Shown: positions 27,328 through 36,411 of the stretch, piece by piece
Layout: each line of letters opens with the position of its first letter
Position numbering within the stretch: position 1 is the first letter of the stretch
DNA from: an uncultured Acidobacteriota bacterium
GTDB lineage: Bacteria; Acidobacteriota; Vicinamibacteria; Fen-336
Length of the DNA stretch: 64,000 nt
Reading direction: 5' to 3'
Assembly: GCA_963720545.1 (NCBI GenBank)
Contig: OY970399.1
Coordinates: 1,568,001-1,632,000, forward strand
Notes under the pieces: generated by a model
Database searches by the model: none
Seen by the model: only the letters and a program-made list of their open reading frames with translations
Told to the model about the DNA's origin: nothing
Position numbers and translations under genes: made by a program

Positions 27328-30129
27328 CTAGATCGCCTCATCGATGGCGTCGGCGGCGCCTCTGATGAAGGCGTCGTCGCGCATACCGAGATAGTGCGAG
27401 CGGATGTTGGTGTCGAACATGCTCGCGATCTTTGCGGTTTGCGGGCCGGGCGATCCCAATGGGACGGCAACGGTCGTGAGGTCGGCGACGAATGGGCGGA
27501 AGAGTGCTGTGAACAGCCCGCGGTGGCTGCCGTCGGGTTCGATGAGCAGGACCTTGCCGTCGTAGGGCTGCAGCTCGTAACGGTGTTGGGCGCGGGTCTG
27601 CAGGTAGTACTGAACCACCATGTTGGTGAGCGTGTCGGCGTCGATCTCGGGTGAGACGCTCTTGACCTTGTCGAGCAGCAAGCCCAGATAGTTCTCGGGC
27701 GCAGCAGCGTCCATTTGCTCCTTCGTCAGCGAAGTGGGCAGACCGGTGTTGAGTTCCATCAGCCCTGAAAAGCCGTAGATGTGATAGCGGCTTCTCTTCG
27801 CGCGCGCCGCCAGCTTCTCGAATTCGGCCTGCGAAAGCGCATCGTCCCTCTCTGCGCCGGTGTGGGCGCGGCCGCGCAGGCGGCTGGCGAGCAGGACGAA
27901 CGGCTTGAGGAACGGGCGGCTGACGCGCGCCTCGAAAGCCCAATGGCCGAAGCGGCGGTTCGAGGCGCGGTCGGTTGCGAGCGGATCGATGAGGATGAGC
28001 GCCGCGACTTCCTGCCCGGCGCGCCTCAGGCTGCGTGCTGCCTCGTAGCCGAAGACTGCCGCCGAGGAGTATGCGCAGATGAAGTACGGCCCGTGCGGCT
28101 GGCGCGCGCGCATGGCATCGACGTAGAGGCCGGCCCAGCGCGCGAAGCCCAGGGTCGGGTCGCGCTGGCCCCAGAGGAACGGATCGCGCAGGCCGACGAG
28201 CTCGCGTGTCGTCTCCAGCTCCTTGACGAGTTTCTGGTAGGGGCCCAGCGTGCCGCCCGCCGGTGCCACCAGGAACAGCGGTTCGCGGTCGGGCGCGCCG
28301 CGCCGCAGCCGCACCGCCACCGGGTTCTCGGCGGCCGGCGGCGGTGCGAGCGTGCCGCTCTTGATGCCGTCAATGCGCGCGGCCAGGCCCTCGACCGAAG
28401 GGAACTGGTAGACGACCTGGTCGCCAAGGACGCTGCGGTCGAGGTCGAATGCTTCGCGGATGCGGTGCAACGCGGCGAACACCGACAACGACGTGCCGCC
28501 GACCTCGAAGATGCTGCTGTCGTAGCGTACGTCGGGGTTGTCGAGCACCATGCGCCAGATCTCGCTGATGCGTGCTTCGGTCGGCGTCGGCTCGCGGCCC
28601 GTGCGTGTGTTGCCCGCCTGCGGGCTCGCGGCACGCTCGAGAAGCGCCTGGCGGTCCACCTTGCCGTTCGAGAGGAGCGGCAGGCGCTCGAGGCCGATTA
28701 GGAGGCTCGGCACCATGTACGCCGGCAGCCGTCGCCGCAGGTCGTCGAACACGTCCGCCTGCGGCACCGCGGCCGGGGCGAAGAAAGCGGCGAGCGTTGC
28801 GGTGCCTTCGCCACCGGGGCGCGCCACCACCGCCGCCTGCTCGATCCCGTCGTGCCGCAGCAGCGCCTGCTCGACCTCCTGCAGGTCCACGCGAAAGCCA
28901 CGCACTTTCACCGTGTCGTCGACGCGCCCGATGAAACTCAACTCTCCGGATGGCAGCAGCCGCACCTGGTCGCGGGTGTCGTAGGCGCTGCCGCCAGCGG
29001 CCACGACGTCATGCAGCACGCTGGCGGTCAGCTCGTCGTCCTTGTAATAGCCGCTGAAGACCGGGCTGCCCGCGATCCACAGGACGCCGGTCTCGCCGGC
29101 ATGCACGGGCGTCCGCTGCGCGTCGAGGACGAAGGCGCGCACGTCGTCGCCGATCGGCGTGCCGAGCGGCAGTTCCTCGCCCGGGTGCAGCGCCGCCTGG
29201 CGCAGGTCGCAGGCGAGCGTCGAGCTGGCTTCGGTGCTGCCGTAGATCGACCAGAGCGCGGGCGTGTCGGGGAACGCCGCCAGCACCTTCGCGGCGAGCC
29301 GCGGATGGACGTACTCGCCCATCAGCACCAGCACCCGCAGCGGCGGCGCCGCGAACTCCGGCAACTCGAGCGACACCTGCAGCAGCGACGGCACGATCAG
29401 GAGCCGCGTCACGGCGCGTTCACGCAGCGTCTGCCAGAAGCCCGCGAGGTCGCGCAGCTCCTGGTCGGCGACGATCACCACGGGGACGCCGCGCAACAGC
29501 GGCTCGAACAGCTCGTAGACGGCGTGAGTGGTGGTCAGGTACGACTTCTGGCAGCACACCTCCCCTTCTTCATAAGGATGCGTGTTCCAGGTCCACTGCA
29601 GCCGGTGGAAGAACGAGCGGTGGCTGCGGACGATCAGCTTCGGCCGTCCGGTCGATCCCGAAGAGGTGAGGATGAACGCCGGCTGGTCGGCTTCCCCGCT
29701 GTCCTGCACCGTGCCAGCGCCGGGGCTCGCATCGAGCACCGACAGCTCCGCGAGGTGCAGTACCGGCGCCGTGATGTTGGCCGGAAGCGGGTCGCGCTCG
29801 CGGTCGACGACGGCCGCGAGCTCCGCGAAGGCGAGGATATCGCGCAGCCGGGTCTCGGGATAGGAGGGCGGCAGCGGCACGACGGCGGCGTCTGCCATGA
29901 GGATGCCGAGCGTTGCGGCAACCGAGTCGATCGAGCGCTCCATGTGCAGCCCGACCGCGGCGCCCGCGCCGATGCCGCGCCGGCGCAGCCCTTCCGCGAT
30001 ACCGGTGGCGGCGGTCAGCAGGCCCGCGTACGTGATCTCGTTGCCGGCTTCCCGCAGCGCGACGCGCTCGGGGGTTCGCTGCGCCTGCGCGCGGAACTGC
30101 GCGTGCAGCAGGTGCTTCACGTCAGGCAA
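27328..30129 (-). CDS. Stand-alone NRPS-like enzyme, A-T-TE
   Basis: A domain: SSGSTGRPK, YGSTE, GRVDDTVKVRGFRV, NGKVDR. T domain: FEVGGTSL. TE domain: LFLVAPAGG, QPHGPY..AYSS, LID, SHY. TTG start abuts the upstream stop. Confidence 0.9.
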   Translation of the reverse strand: MPDVKHLLHAQFRAQAQRTPERVALREAGNEITYAGLLTAATGIAEGLRRRGIGAGAAVGLHMERSIDSVAATLGILMADAAVVPLPPSYPETRLRDILAFAELAAVVDRERDPLPANITAPVLHLAELSVLDASPGAGTVQDSGEADQPAFILTSSGSTGRPKLIVRSHRSFFHRLQWTWNTHPYEEGEVCCQKSYLTTTHAVYELFEPLLRGVPVVIVADQELRDLAGFWQTLRERAVTRLLIVPSLLQVSLELPEFAAPPLRVLVLMGEYVHPRLAAKVLAAFPDTPALWSIYGSTEASSTLACDLRQAALHPGEELPLGTPIGDDVRAFVLDAQRTPVHAGETGVLWIAGSPVFSGYYKDDELTASVLHDVVAAGGSAYDTRDQVRLLPSGELSFIGRVDDTVKVRGFRVDLQEVEQALLRHDGIEQAAVVARPGGEGTATLAAFFAPAAVPQADVFDDLRRRLPAYMVPSLLIGLERLPLLSNGKVDRQALLERAASPQAGNTRTGREPTPTEARISEIWRMVLDNPDVRYDSSIFEVGGTSLSVFAALHRIREAFDLDRSVLGDQVVYQFPSVEGLAARIDGIKSGTLAPPPAAENPVAVRLRRGAPDREPLFLVAPAGGTLGPYQKLVKELETTRELVGLRDPFLWGQRDPTLGFARWAGLYVDAMRARQPHGPYFICAYSSAAVFGYEAARSLRRAGQEVAALILIDPLATDRASNRRFGHWAFEARVSRPFLKPFVLLASRLRGRAHTGAERDDALSQAEFEKLAARAKRSRYHIYGFSGLMELNTGLPTSLTKEQMDAAAPENYLGLLLDKVKSVSPEIDADTLTNMVVQYYLQTRAQHRYELQPYDGKVLLIEPDGSHRGLFTALFRPFVADLTTVAVPLGSPGPQTAKIASMFDTNIRSHYLGMRDDAFIRGAADAIDEAI

Positions 30130-32058
30130 TCAGGACACCTTCATCACTTCCGCGACCGCGCGGTTGGCGGAGTCGATGGCGGCGTCGGTGTACGAGTATG
30201 CGGCGCTGTCCGCGTTGGCGATGGCGATGCGGCCGAAAGGTTTGCGGGCGCGCTCGCACGGAGTTTCCTCGCCGCGCAGCCAGAACTCGTCGAACAGCGA
30301 GTTGTACTGGTACGCGTAGCCGTGCGCCCAACGGTTGACAGTAATCGCCTTGATGTCGCTGTCCGGGTCGAATCCCGTTGGCCCGAGGATGCGGCCCAAC
30401 TGGTCGCGAATCGAGTGCTCGAACTTCTCCCAGGGCGTCGCCAGCAACTCGGTGCGGCCGGCGCGGTGCTGGTCGCGGCCGATGAGCCCGGGGCTGCAGG
30501 GCGTGCGCACCATGTGGATGACGATCGGCTCTTCCGGATCGCGGCTGCACTGGTAGCCGCCGATGCTCACGGGCAGGTCGAGGTTGGCCGACGACCAGTA
30601 GGCGCCCGGACAGTGCACGCCGCTGACGCCGGCCTTCACGAACGAGCGCCAGTTGGAGATCAGGACGTTGGTGTAGATGATCGGCACCTTCACGGCGAAC
30701 GCCAGGTCTTCCTTCTGCCGCGCCGGCAGCGTGTCGCAGATGTACGGAATCATGGTGCTCCAGCACGCGAGCACCACGCGCTTCGCGCGTACCGTCTCGA
30801 GCTTGCCGTCGCGGCCATAGGTGACTGCGACGTCGGCGGCGGTCGCGGGGTCGCCCGAGTGCACCACACGCACCGCGGTGCTGTTCAGGCGGATGCGGGC
30901 GGCCGAGGACGGCTCGTCGAGGCGCGCATAGTCGCAGCGGGCCGTGACGATGTCGTCGGCAGTCTTGCCTGGAATCGCCGCCGGGATCAGGCCGCGCACC
31001 AGCAGCCGCGCGATCGACGCGTTGCCGTCCGGGAAGTGGAAGAAGTAGGCGCGGCCGCCGTCGTCGTACTGCTTGGCGTCGTGGTTCATTCCCGGGCCGT
31101 ACGACGCGTCGAGCCCCATTCCTGCGAAGCCGGGGAACCCGAGGCCCCACGCATCCTGCGCCGAGACGCCGTCGATGCCGAAGCCGTAAAGGCTGTGGGG
31201 ACGCTGCTGGAAGAACTTCACGACGTCGCCGTGCGCCTTCGTCGTCTCGGTGAGGTACTTCGCGTAGCTGACGCGCGCGAGCTTTGCCTTCTTCTCGGCC
31301 GAGGACAGGCCCGGCAGGTAGTCGACGCGCTCGGTGTAGAGGCGCTGCAGGTCGCGGCGCGCCTGCTCGGCCATCGGCGCCTCGGCCATGAACTGCGCCC
31401 AGCTGGCGGCAGCGGCCTCGCGCTGCGCGGTGGTCTCGCCTTCGCCCACCATTGCCCGGCTGGAAAACGCGAGCAGCTTGTCGGCGCCGAAGGTTTCCTT
31501 GTCGAAGAAGACACCCTGCTTCAGGCCGCGGCCCGAGTAGATGCTCTCGTCCACCACCTTCTGCCAACGCGAGACGTCGATGCCGAGGTCGTTGACGAGG
31601 CCCTTGGCAACCGCGCTGTAGGGCGCCGGGCTGTCGATAGAGAAGGTGCCGCCGTAGCCGAGGATCGTCCGATCCCCCACCTTGTACTCATTGCGCTTGG
31701 CGTGGCCGCCGAAGTCGTCGTGGTTGTCGAGCACCAGGATCTTCGCCGCGGGACCGGCGGCGCGCCGGAAGTAGTGCGCGGCGGACAGGCCGCTGATGCC
31801 GCCGCCCACCACCACGAGGTCGTAGGTCTCGCCGGTGTCGCGCGGCGCGGGCGCGCTCTTCCAGTAGCCGGGTTCGCGCAGGGCGTGGCCGAACGCGTAG
31901 GCGGCGTCGTAGCTGCCGCGCAGTCCGGTGAGCGCGGGCGGGTAGTAAGGCGCGTCGGCGGCAGCCGCCGCGGCGTGCGCGGCGCGCGGCAGCAGCGAGG
32001 CGCCGATGGTGAGTGCCACACCGTTCAGGAAGTCGCGGCGATCGATCTCATTCGGCAC
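30130..32058 (-). CDS. spdH: Spermidine dehydrogenase-like FAD oxidoreductase (Tat-exported)
   Basis: RRDFLNGVAL Tat motif; YYPPALTGLRGS; VVGGGISGL; LDNHDDFGGHAKRNE; HFPDGNASIARLLVR; ITVNRWAHGYAY, resembling Pseudomonas SpdH as I recall it. Confidence 0.85.
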   Translation of the reverse strand: MPNEIDRRDFLNGVALTIGASLLPRAAHAAAAAADAPYYPPALTGLRGSYDAAYAFGHALREPGYWKSAPAPRDTGETYDLVVVGGGISGLSAAHYFRRAAGPAAKILVLDNHDDFGGHAKRNEYKVGDRTILGYGGTFSIDSPAPYSAVAKGLVNDLGIDVSRWQKVVDESIYSGRGLKQGVFFDKETFGADKLLAFSSRAMVGEGETTAQREAAAASWAQFMAEAPMAEQARRDLQRLYTERVDYLPGLSSAEKKAKLARVSYAKYLTETTKAHGDVVKFFQQRPHSLYGFGIDGVSAQDAWGLGFPGFAGMGLDASYGPGMNHDAKQYDDGGRAYFFHFPDGNASIARLLVRGLIPAAIPGKTADDIVTARCDYARLDEPSSAARIRLNSTAVRVVHSGDPATAADVAVTYGRDGKLETVRAKRVVLACWSTMIPYICDTLPARQKEDLAFAVKVPIIYTNVLISNWRSFVKAGVSGVHCPGAYWSSANLDLPVSIGGYQCSRDPEEPIVIHMVRTPCSPGLIGRDQHRAGRTELLATPWEKFEHSIRDQLGRILGPTGFDPDSDIKAITVNRWAHGYAYQYNSLFDEFWLRGEETPCERARKPFGRIAIANADSAAYSYTDAAIDSANRAVAEVMKVS

Positions 32059-32108
32059 GGTGGCACTCTCCCATCAGCGAACGAATACTTCTGCAACAAG
32101 GATCCCTC

Positions 32109-32134
32109 GCTGGGCTGCCAACGGCATGCCCAGC
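32109..32134. other. Intergenic hairpin (possible terminator or processing stem)
   Basis: GCTGGGC-TGCC/GGCA-t-GCCCAGC stem between the aminotransferase and spdH; no U-tract. Confidence 0.45.
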
Positions 32135-32150
32135 TCGGGACACGCGCGCG

Positions 32151-33482
32151 TCAAGCCATCTCGCGCGCTATTTCGTCGAAGACGCGGAGCATGGTGTCGA
32201 CATCGTCCTGGGTGTGCAGGGCCGACACCGTCCACTGCTCGTCCCAGCTCTGCGCCTGCGGGATCACGCCGCGGTTGAGGTTCATGTGCCAGTAGCGCCA
32301 GAACGACTTCACGTCCTGGTCGTGCCACTCGCGGTAGTTGCGGGCCGGCTTCTTGCGCCAGTAGACGCAGCCGTTGGTTCCCAGGTTGACGGCCACCCAC
32401 GGCTTGCGGTGCCGCTTGATGATCTTGTTGTGGCCCTCGGCGAGCGCGTTGCCGAGCGCCGTCGCCTTCACGTACACGTCCTTGGTGAGGATCTGTTCCA
32501 GCGCCACGATGCAGGCGGTGGTGGCGAGCGGATTGCTCGCGTAGGTCCCGGCGTGGAACGAGCGGTGCTGCGCGATCTCGTCCATGATCTTGCGGCTGGC
32601 GCCGAAGGCGCCGAGCGGCAGGCCGCCGCCGATCGCCTTGGCGAGGCACACCATGTCGGCCTTGACGCCGTAGTACTCCTGCGCGCCGCCCCAGGCGAGC
32701 TTGGCGCCGGTCTTCACCTCGTCGAAGATCAGGAGCGCGCCGTGTTCGGTGGCGAGCTCGCGCAGCTGCTGCAGGAAGCCGTCCGCCGGCGGGATCACGC
32801 CGACGTTCATCATCACCGGCTCGAGGATGATCGCCGCCACCTGCTTGTCGTTCTTCTGCAGCACCTTGCGGACGCTGTCGATGTCGTTGAACTGCGCCAC
32901 CACGGTGTTCTTGACTGTGCCGCCGGGAATGCCGTGGCCGACGGGCAGCGCCTTGGGCCGCTTCTTGCTGCCGGCGAGCTCGAGCGACGGCTTCACCGAG
33001 ACGAGCGCCGTGTCGTGGCCGCCGTGGTAGGCGCCTTCGAACTTCAGCACCTTGTCGCGCTTCGTGTAGGTACGTGCCAGGCGTAGCGCGTGCATCGTCG
33101 ACTCGGAACCGGAGTTCGTGAAGCGCACCTGCTCCAGCTGGAAGCGCTCGCCGATGAGCTGCGCCGCGCGCAGTTCGCGGTCGTGCGGCATGCCGTAGAG
33201 CGTGCCCTCGGACGCGGCGGCGGCCAGCGCCTTGACCATCACCGGGTTCGAATGGCCCACCATCAGCGCGCCGAAGCACATCGAGTAGTCGGTGTACTCG
33301 CGCCCGTCCACGTCCCACATCTTCGAGCCCTCGGCCCGCTGGATGTAGATGGGATACGGCTCGTAGGTGCGGAAATTGCTCGACACGCCGAGGGGCAGGA
33401 TCTTCTCCGCCTCCTGATACATCGCGCGGCTCTTCGGCGTCTGGGCCTTGTAGCGGTCCAGTTCCTGCTCGTGGGTCGTCAT
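32151..33482 (-). CDS. Class III aminotransferase (GSA-aminomutase-like)
   Basis: LPLGVSSNFR, WDVDG.EY.D, RFTNSGSE, FEGAYHG, IFDEVKTG, AKAIGGGLP, HAGTY. Confidence 0.9.
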   Translation of the reverse strand: MTTHEQELDRYKAQTPKSRAMYQEAEKILPLGVSSNFRTYEPYPIYIQRAEGSKMWDVDGREYTDYSMCFGALMVGHSNPVMVKALAAAASEGTLYGMPHDRELRAAQLIGERFQLEQVRFTNSGSESTMHALRLARTYTKRDKVLKFEGAYHGGHDTALVSVKPSLELAGSKKRPKALPVGHGIPGGTVKNTVVAQFNDIDSVRKVLQKNDKQVAAIILEPVMMNVGVIPPADGFLQQLRELATEHGALLIFDEVKTGAKLAWGGAQEYYGVKADMVCLAKAIGGGLPLGAFGASRKIMDEIAQHRSFHAGTYASNPLATTACIVALEQILTKDVYVKATALGNALAEGHNKIIKRHRKPWVAVNLGTNGCVYWRKKPARNYREWHDQDVKSFWRYWHMNLNRGVIPQAQSWDEQWTVSALHTQDDVDTMLRVFDEIAREMA

Positions 33483-33651
33483 GTGCGCCTCCTCAAGTAC
33501 GACAACGACGTCAACCTTGTGCCTGCCAAAACGTCCGGCCGGGCGGCCCTTTGAGCGAACTAGTGGCGTTCGTTCGTGTCGTCGCGGGGAGACGGACGGT
33601 AGGGGTGGTGCTCGAGCAGGTTGACCATGAGGTTCGCCGGTAATCCGGAGG

Positions 33652-35028
33652 TTACGCCCGTTTGCGGCGCATGAAAAGGAGCACCGGCAGGCCGAGGAAG
33701 ATGGCGCAGCCCGCGAGCATCTTCGCCTCGAACGCGAACACCGACTCGATCTGGCGCGAGGGTACGAAGGCGACGATCATGCCGAGGGCGGTGGTGAGGA
33801 GCCCGCTGCAGCCGGCGGCGGTGAGCTTCGCCTTCGAGTAGCGCAGCGGCTCGGGCGCGCCGGGGCGCCCCATGCCGATGAGCATGGCGTAGACGTAAAG
33901 GAACGGCACCAGTTGCAACACCACGGCGAGATCGAGGAGCGTGACGAAGGCCTCGTGCACGCCGGCGCCCGCGAAGGCCATGGCGATGATGACGGCGGAG
34001 CAAAGCGCGTGCGCTAGCAGCGCCATGTACGGCGTGCCGAAGCGCGGGTGGAGCCGGCCGAGCGCGGGCGGCAGGTAGCTGTCGAGGCCGGCGACGAACG
34101 GAATGCGCGCCGAGCCCGCGTACCAGGCCGAGGCGATGCCGGCGATCGACACCGCGAGCACCAGAGCCAGCGGGCCGAGGATCCACGGCACGCCCGCATC
34201 GGCCGACATGCGCTCGACCGCCTGCATGACGCCCTGCACCACGCCGATGTCGTCGCGCTTCACCGCCAGCAGCACCGAGAGCGTCGCGCCCACGTAGAGG
34301 GCGCCCGAGATGACACCGCCCCAGGCGACCGCGCCCGGCAGGATCTTCTTCGGCTCCTCGATCTCGTCGCCCATCACCGAGGCGAGCTCGAGGCCGACGA
34401 GCGCGAAGCAGATGACGCCAAACGACGAAATCATCGGCCAGTCGATGCCCGAAACCGCGAGGTCGTGCAGCGGGATGGTGGCGCCGCGCACCAGCCAGGC
34501 GTGCAGGCCAAGGCCGATGAGCACCGAACAGGCGACGGCGGTGCCGATGCCGCCGAGGTTGTTGACCCACTTGCCGACGCCGAGGCCGCGCGTGTTGAGG
34601 GCGAAGAGGAGAGCCAGGAACACGAGCGAAGCGACCAGCGTGAACACCGTGTTGTCGGCGAGGGCGCGGGTGCGCGCGCCGCCGATGAAGGTGGTGACGC
34701 CCACCAGGTAGAAGAGCACCGTGGGGACGTAGAAGACGTTGTTGGTCCAGTAGCACCAGCCGGCCATGAAGCCGTGGAAGTCGCCGAACCCCTTCTTGGC
34801 CCAGAGGTACACGCCGCCCTCGCCCGGGTAGCGCGCCGACAGCTCGATGACGGCGACGCCCTGCGGGAGGAAGAAGAGCGCGAGTGCCGCGAGCCACAAC
34901 CAAAGCGTCGCGGCGCCCTGGGCGGCGACCGTCGGCACAACGTTGAGGTTGGTGATGGCGACGACGAACAGCAGTACCAGGTCGAAGCGGCCGAGGACGC
35001 GCTTGAGGTGCGGTCCCGGCTCGCTCAC
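33652..35028 (-). CDS. APC family amino acid/polyamine permease
   Basis: About 12 TMs; ELSARYPGEGGVYLW, FALVGLE.ASVMGDEI..P, ARIPF...LP..L.RLHPRFGTP. Confidence 0.92.
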   Translation of the reverse strand: MSEPGPHLKRVLGRFDLVLLFVVAITNLNVVPTVAAQGAATLWLWLAALALFFLPQGVAVIELSARYPGEGGVYLWAKKGFGDFHGFMAGWCYWTNNVFYVPTVLFYLVGVTTFIGGARTRALADNTVFTLVASLVFLALLFALNTRGLGVGKWVNNLGGIGTAVACSVLIGLGLHAWLVRGATIPLHDLAVSGIDWPMISSFGVICFALVGLELASVMGDEIEEPKKILPGAVAWGGVISGALYVGATLSVLLAVKRDDIGVVQGVMQAVERMSADAGVPWILGPLALVLAVSIAGIASAWYAGSARIPFVAGLDSYLPPALGRLHPRFGTPYMALLAHALCSAVIIAMAFAGAGVHEAFVTLLDLAVVLQLVPFLYVYAMLIGMGRPGAPEPLRYSKAKLTAAGCSGLLTTALGMIVAFVPSRQIESVFAFEAKMLAGCAIFLGLPVLLFMRRKRA

Positions 35029-36380
35029 GCCGAGGCCGAGGCGATGGCGGCGCCGAGGATGTCGAGGCCCTCGTTCAGTTCGGCGTCCGAGATCACCAGC
35101 GGCATCAGGGTGCGCACCACGTTGCCGAGCGTGCCGGCGGTGACCGTCACCAGGCCGTGCTCATAGCAGTGCTTCGCGATCGCCGCGGTCTGTTCCTTCG
35201 CCGGCGCCTTGGTGGCGCGGTCGGTGACGAACTCGATGCCCCACATCGCGCCGATGCCGCGCACCTCGCCGACCAGCGCATGCTTCGCCTTCCAGGCTTC
35301 GCCGCGCGCCTTGACGATGGCGCCGATCTCGTTGGCGCGGAGCAGCAGGGCGCCGTCCTCGAACTGGTCCAGGACCGCGAGCGCGGCGGCGAGCGACACC
35401 GGGTTGCCGCCGTAGGTGCCGCCAAGGCCGCCGACGATGGCGGCGTCCATGATCTCGGCGCGCCCGGTCACCGCTGCGAGCGGGAACCCGCCGGCGATCG
35501 ACTTGGCGCTGATCAGGATGTCGGGCACGACGCCCGAGTGCTCGATGGCGAACAGCTTGCCGGTGCGGCCGAAGCCGGTCTGCACCTCGTCCACGATCAG
35601 CAGCATGCCGTGCTTCGTGGTCAGCTCGCGCAGCCTGCCGAAGTAGTCGGGCGGCGGCACCACGAAGCCGCCCTCGCCGAGCACCGGCTCGACGATGATG
35701 GCCGCGACCTTGTCGGCTTCGACGTGGCGCTTCCACATGTCCTCGAGCGCGTCCATGCAGGCCTGCGTCGGATCCTTGGCGGCTGCGCCGAGCGCCGAGC
35801 GGTACGCGTACGGAAACGGCATGCGGTAGATCTCGGGCGCGAACGGCCCGAACCCGGTCTTGTAGGGATGCACCTTCGACGTGAGGCTCATGGTGAGCAG
35901 CGTGCGCCCGTGGAACGCGTCTTCCGCCGCGACGATCGCCGGCCGGCCGGTGGCGACGCGCGCGATCTTCACCGCGTTCTCGACCGCCTCGGCACCGGAG
36001 TTCACGAACAGCGTCTTCTTGGCAAAGGCGCCCGGTACCTTGGCGTTCAGGCGTTCGGCAAGCGTCACGTAGCTCTCGTAGGGCATCACCGCGAAGGCAC
36101 TGTGGGTGAGCTTCTTCGCCTGCGCGGCTGCGGCTGCCGATACCGCGTCGTTGGTGTGGCCGACGTTCAGGCAGCCGATGCCGCCGGCGAAGTCGATGAG
36201 GCGGTTGCCGTCCACATCCTCAACGGTTGCGCCGTGCGCCGAGGCGACGAAGATCGGCGTCGCGTGGGCGGGGCCGCGCGGCACCGCGGCGTCGCGCCGC
36301 GCCATGAGGGCCCGCGAGCGGGGGCCGGGAATCTGGGTCTTGAGCGAGACGGCGGAAGCGGCGCGGGTTTCGGTGGCCAT
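35025..36380 (-). CDS. gabT: 4-aminobutyrate aminotransferase
   Basis: DVDGNRLIDFAGGIG, NSGAEAVENAVKIAR, AFHGRT, EPVLGEGGF, DEVQTGFGRTG, AKSIAGG, GGTYGGNP. Confidence 0.92.
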   Translation of the reverse strand: MATETRAASAVSLKTQIPGPRSRALMARRDAAVPRGPAHATPIFVASAHGATVEDVDGNRLIDFAGGIGCLNVGHTNDAVSAAAAAQAKKLTHSAFAVMPYESYVTLAERLNAKVPGAFAKKTLFVNSGAEAVENAVKIARVATGRPAIVAAEDAFHGRTLLTMSLTSKVHPYKTGFGPFAPEIYRMPFPYAYRSALGAAAKDPTQACMDALEDMWKRHVEADKVAAIIVEPVLGEGGFVVPPPDYFGRLRELTTKHGMLLIVDEVQTGFGRTGKLFAIEHSGVVPDILISAKSIAGGFPLAAVTGRAEIMDAAIVGGLGGTYGGNPVSLAAALAVLDQFEDGALLLRANEIGAIVKARGEAWKAKHALVGEVRGIGAMWGIEFVTDRATKAPAKEQTAAIAKHCYEHGLVTVTAGTLGNVVRTLMPLVISDAELNEGLDILGAAIASASA

Positions 36381-36411
36381 GGTCGTTAGCGCGGTACTTT
36401 ACGCCTGTTGG

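Noticed and set aside
32151..33482. Calling this gene hemL
   Set aside because: GSAM-like but with divergent motifs (DEVKTG, LGVSSNFR) and a polyamine context with no tetrapyrrole genes.
33505..33535. Possible sigma54 promoter (TGGCA...) upstream of the aminotransferase
   Set aside because: No GC at the required position 10 nt after either GG.
33560..33628. 22-codon uORF (MVNLLEHHPYRPSPRDDTNERH) between the APC permease and the aminotransferase
   Set aside because: No SD, no attenuator hairpin and no regulatory codon run; cannot be supported without conservation data.
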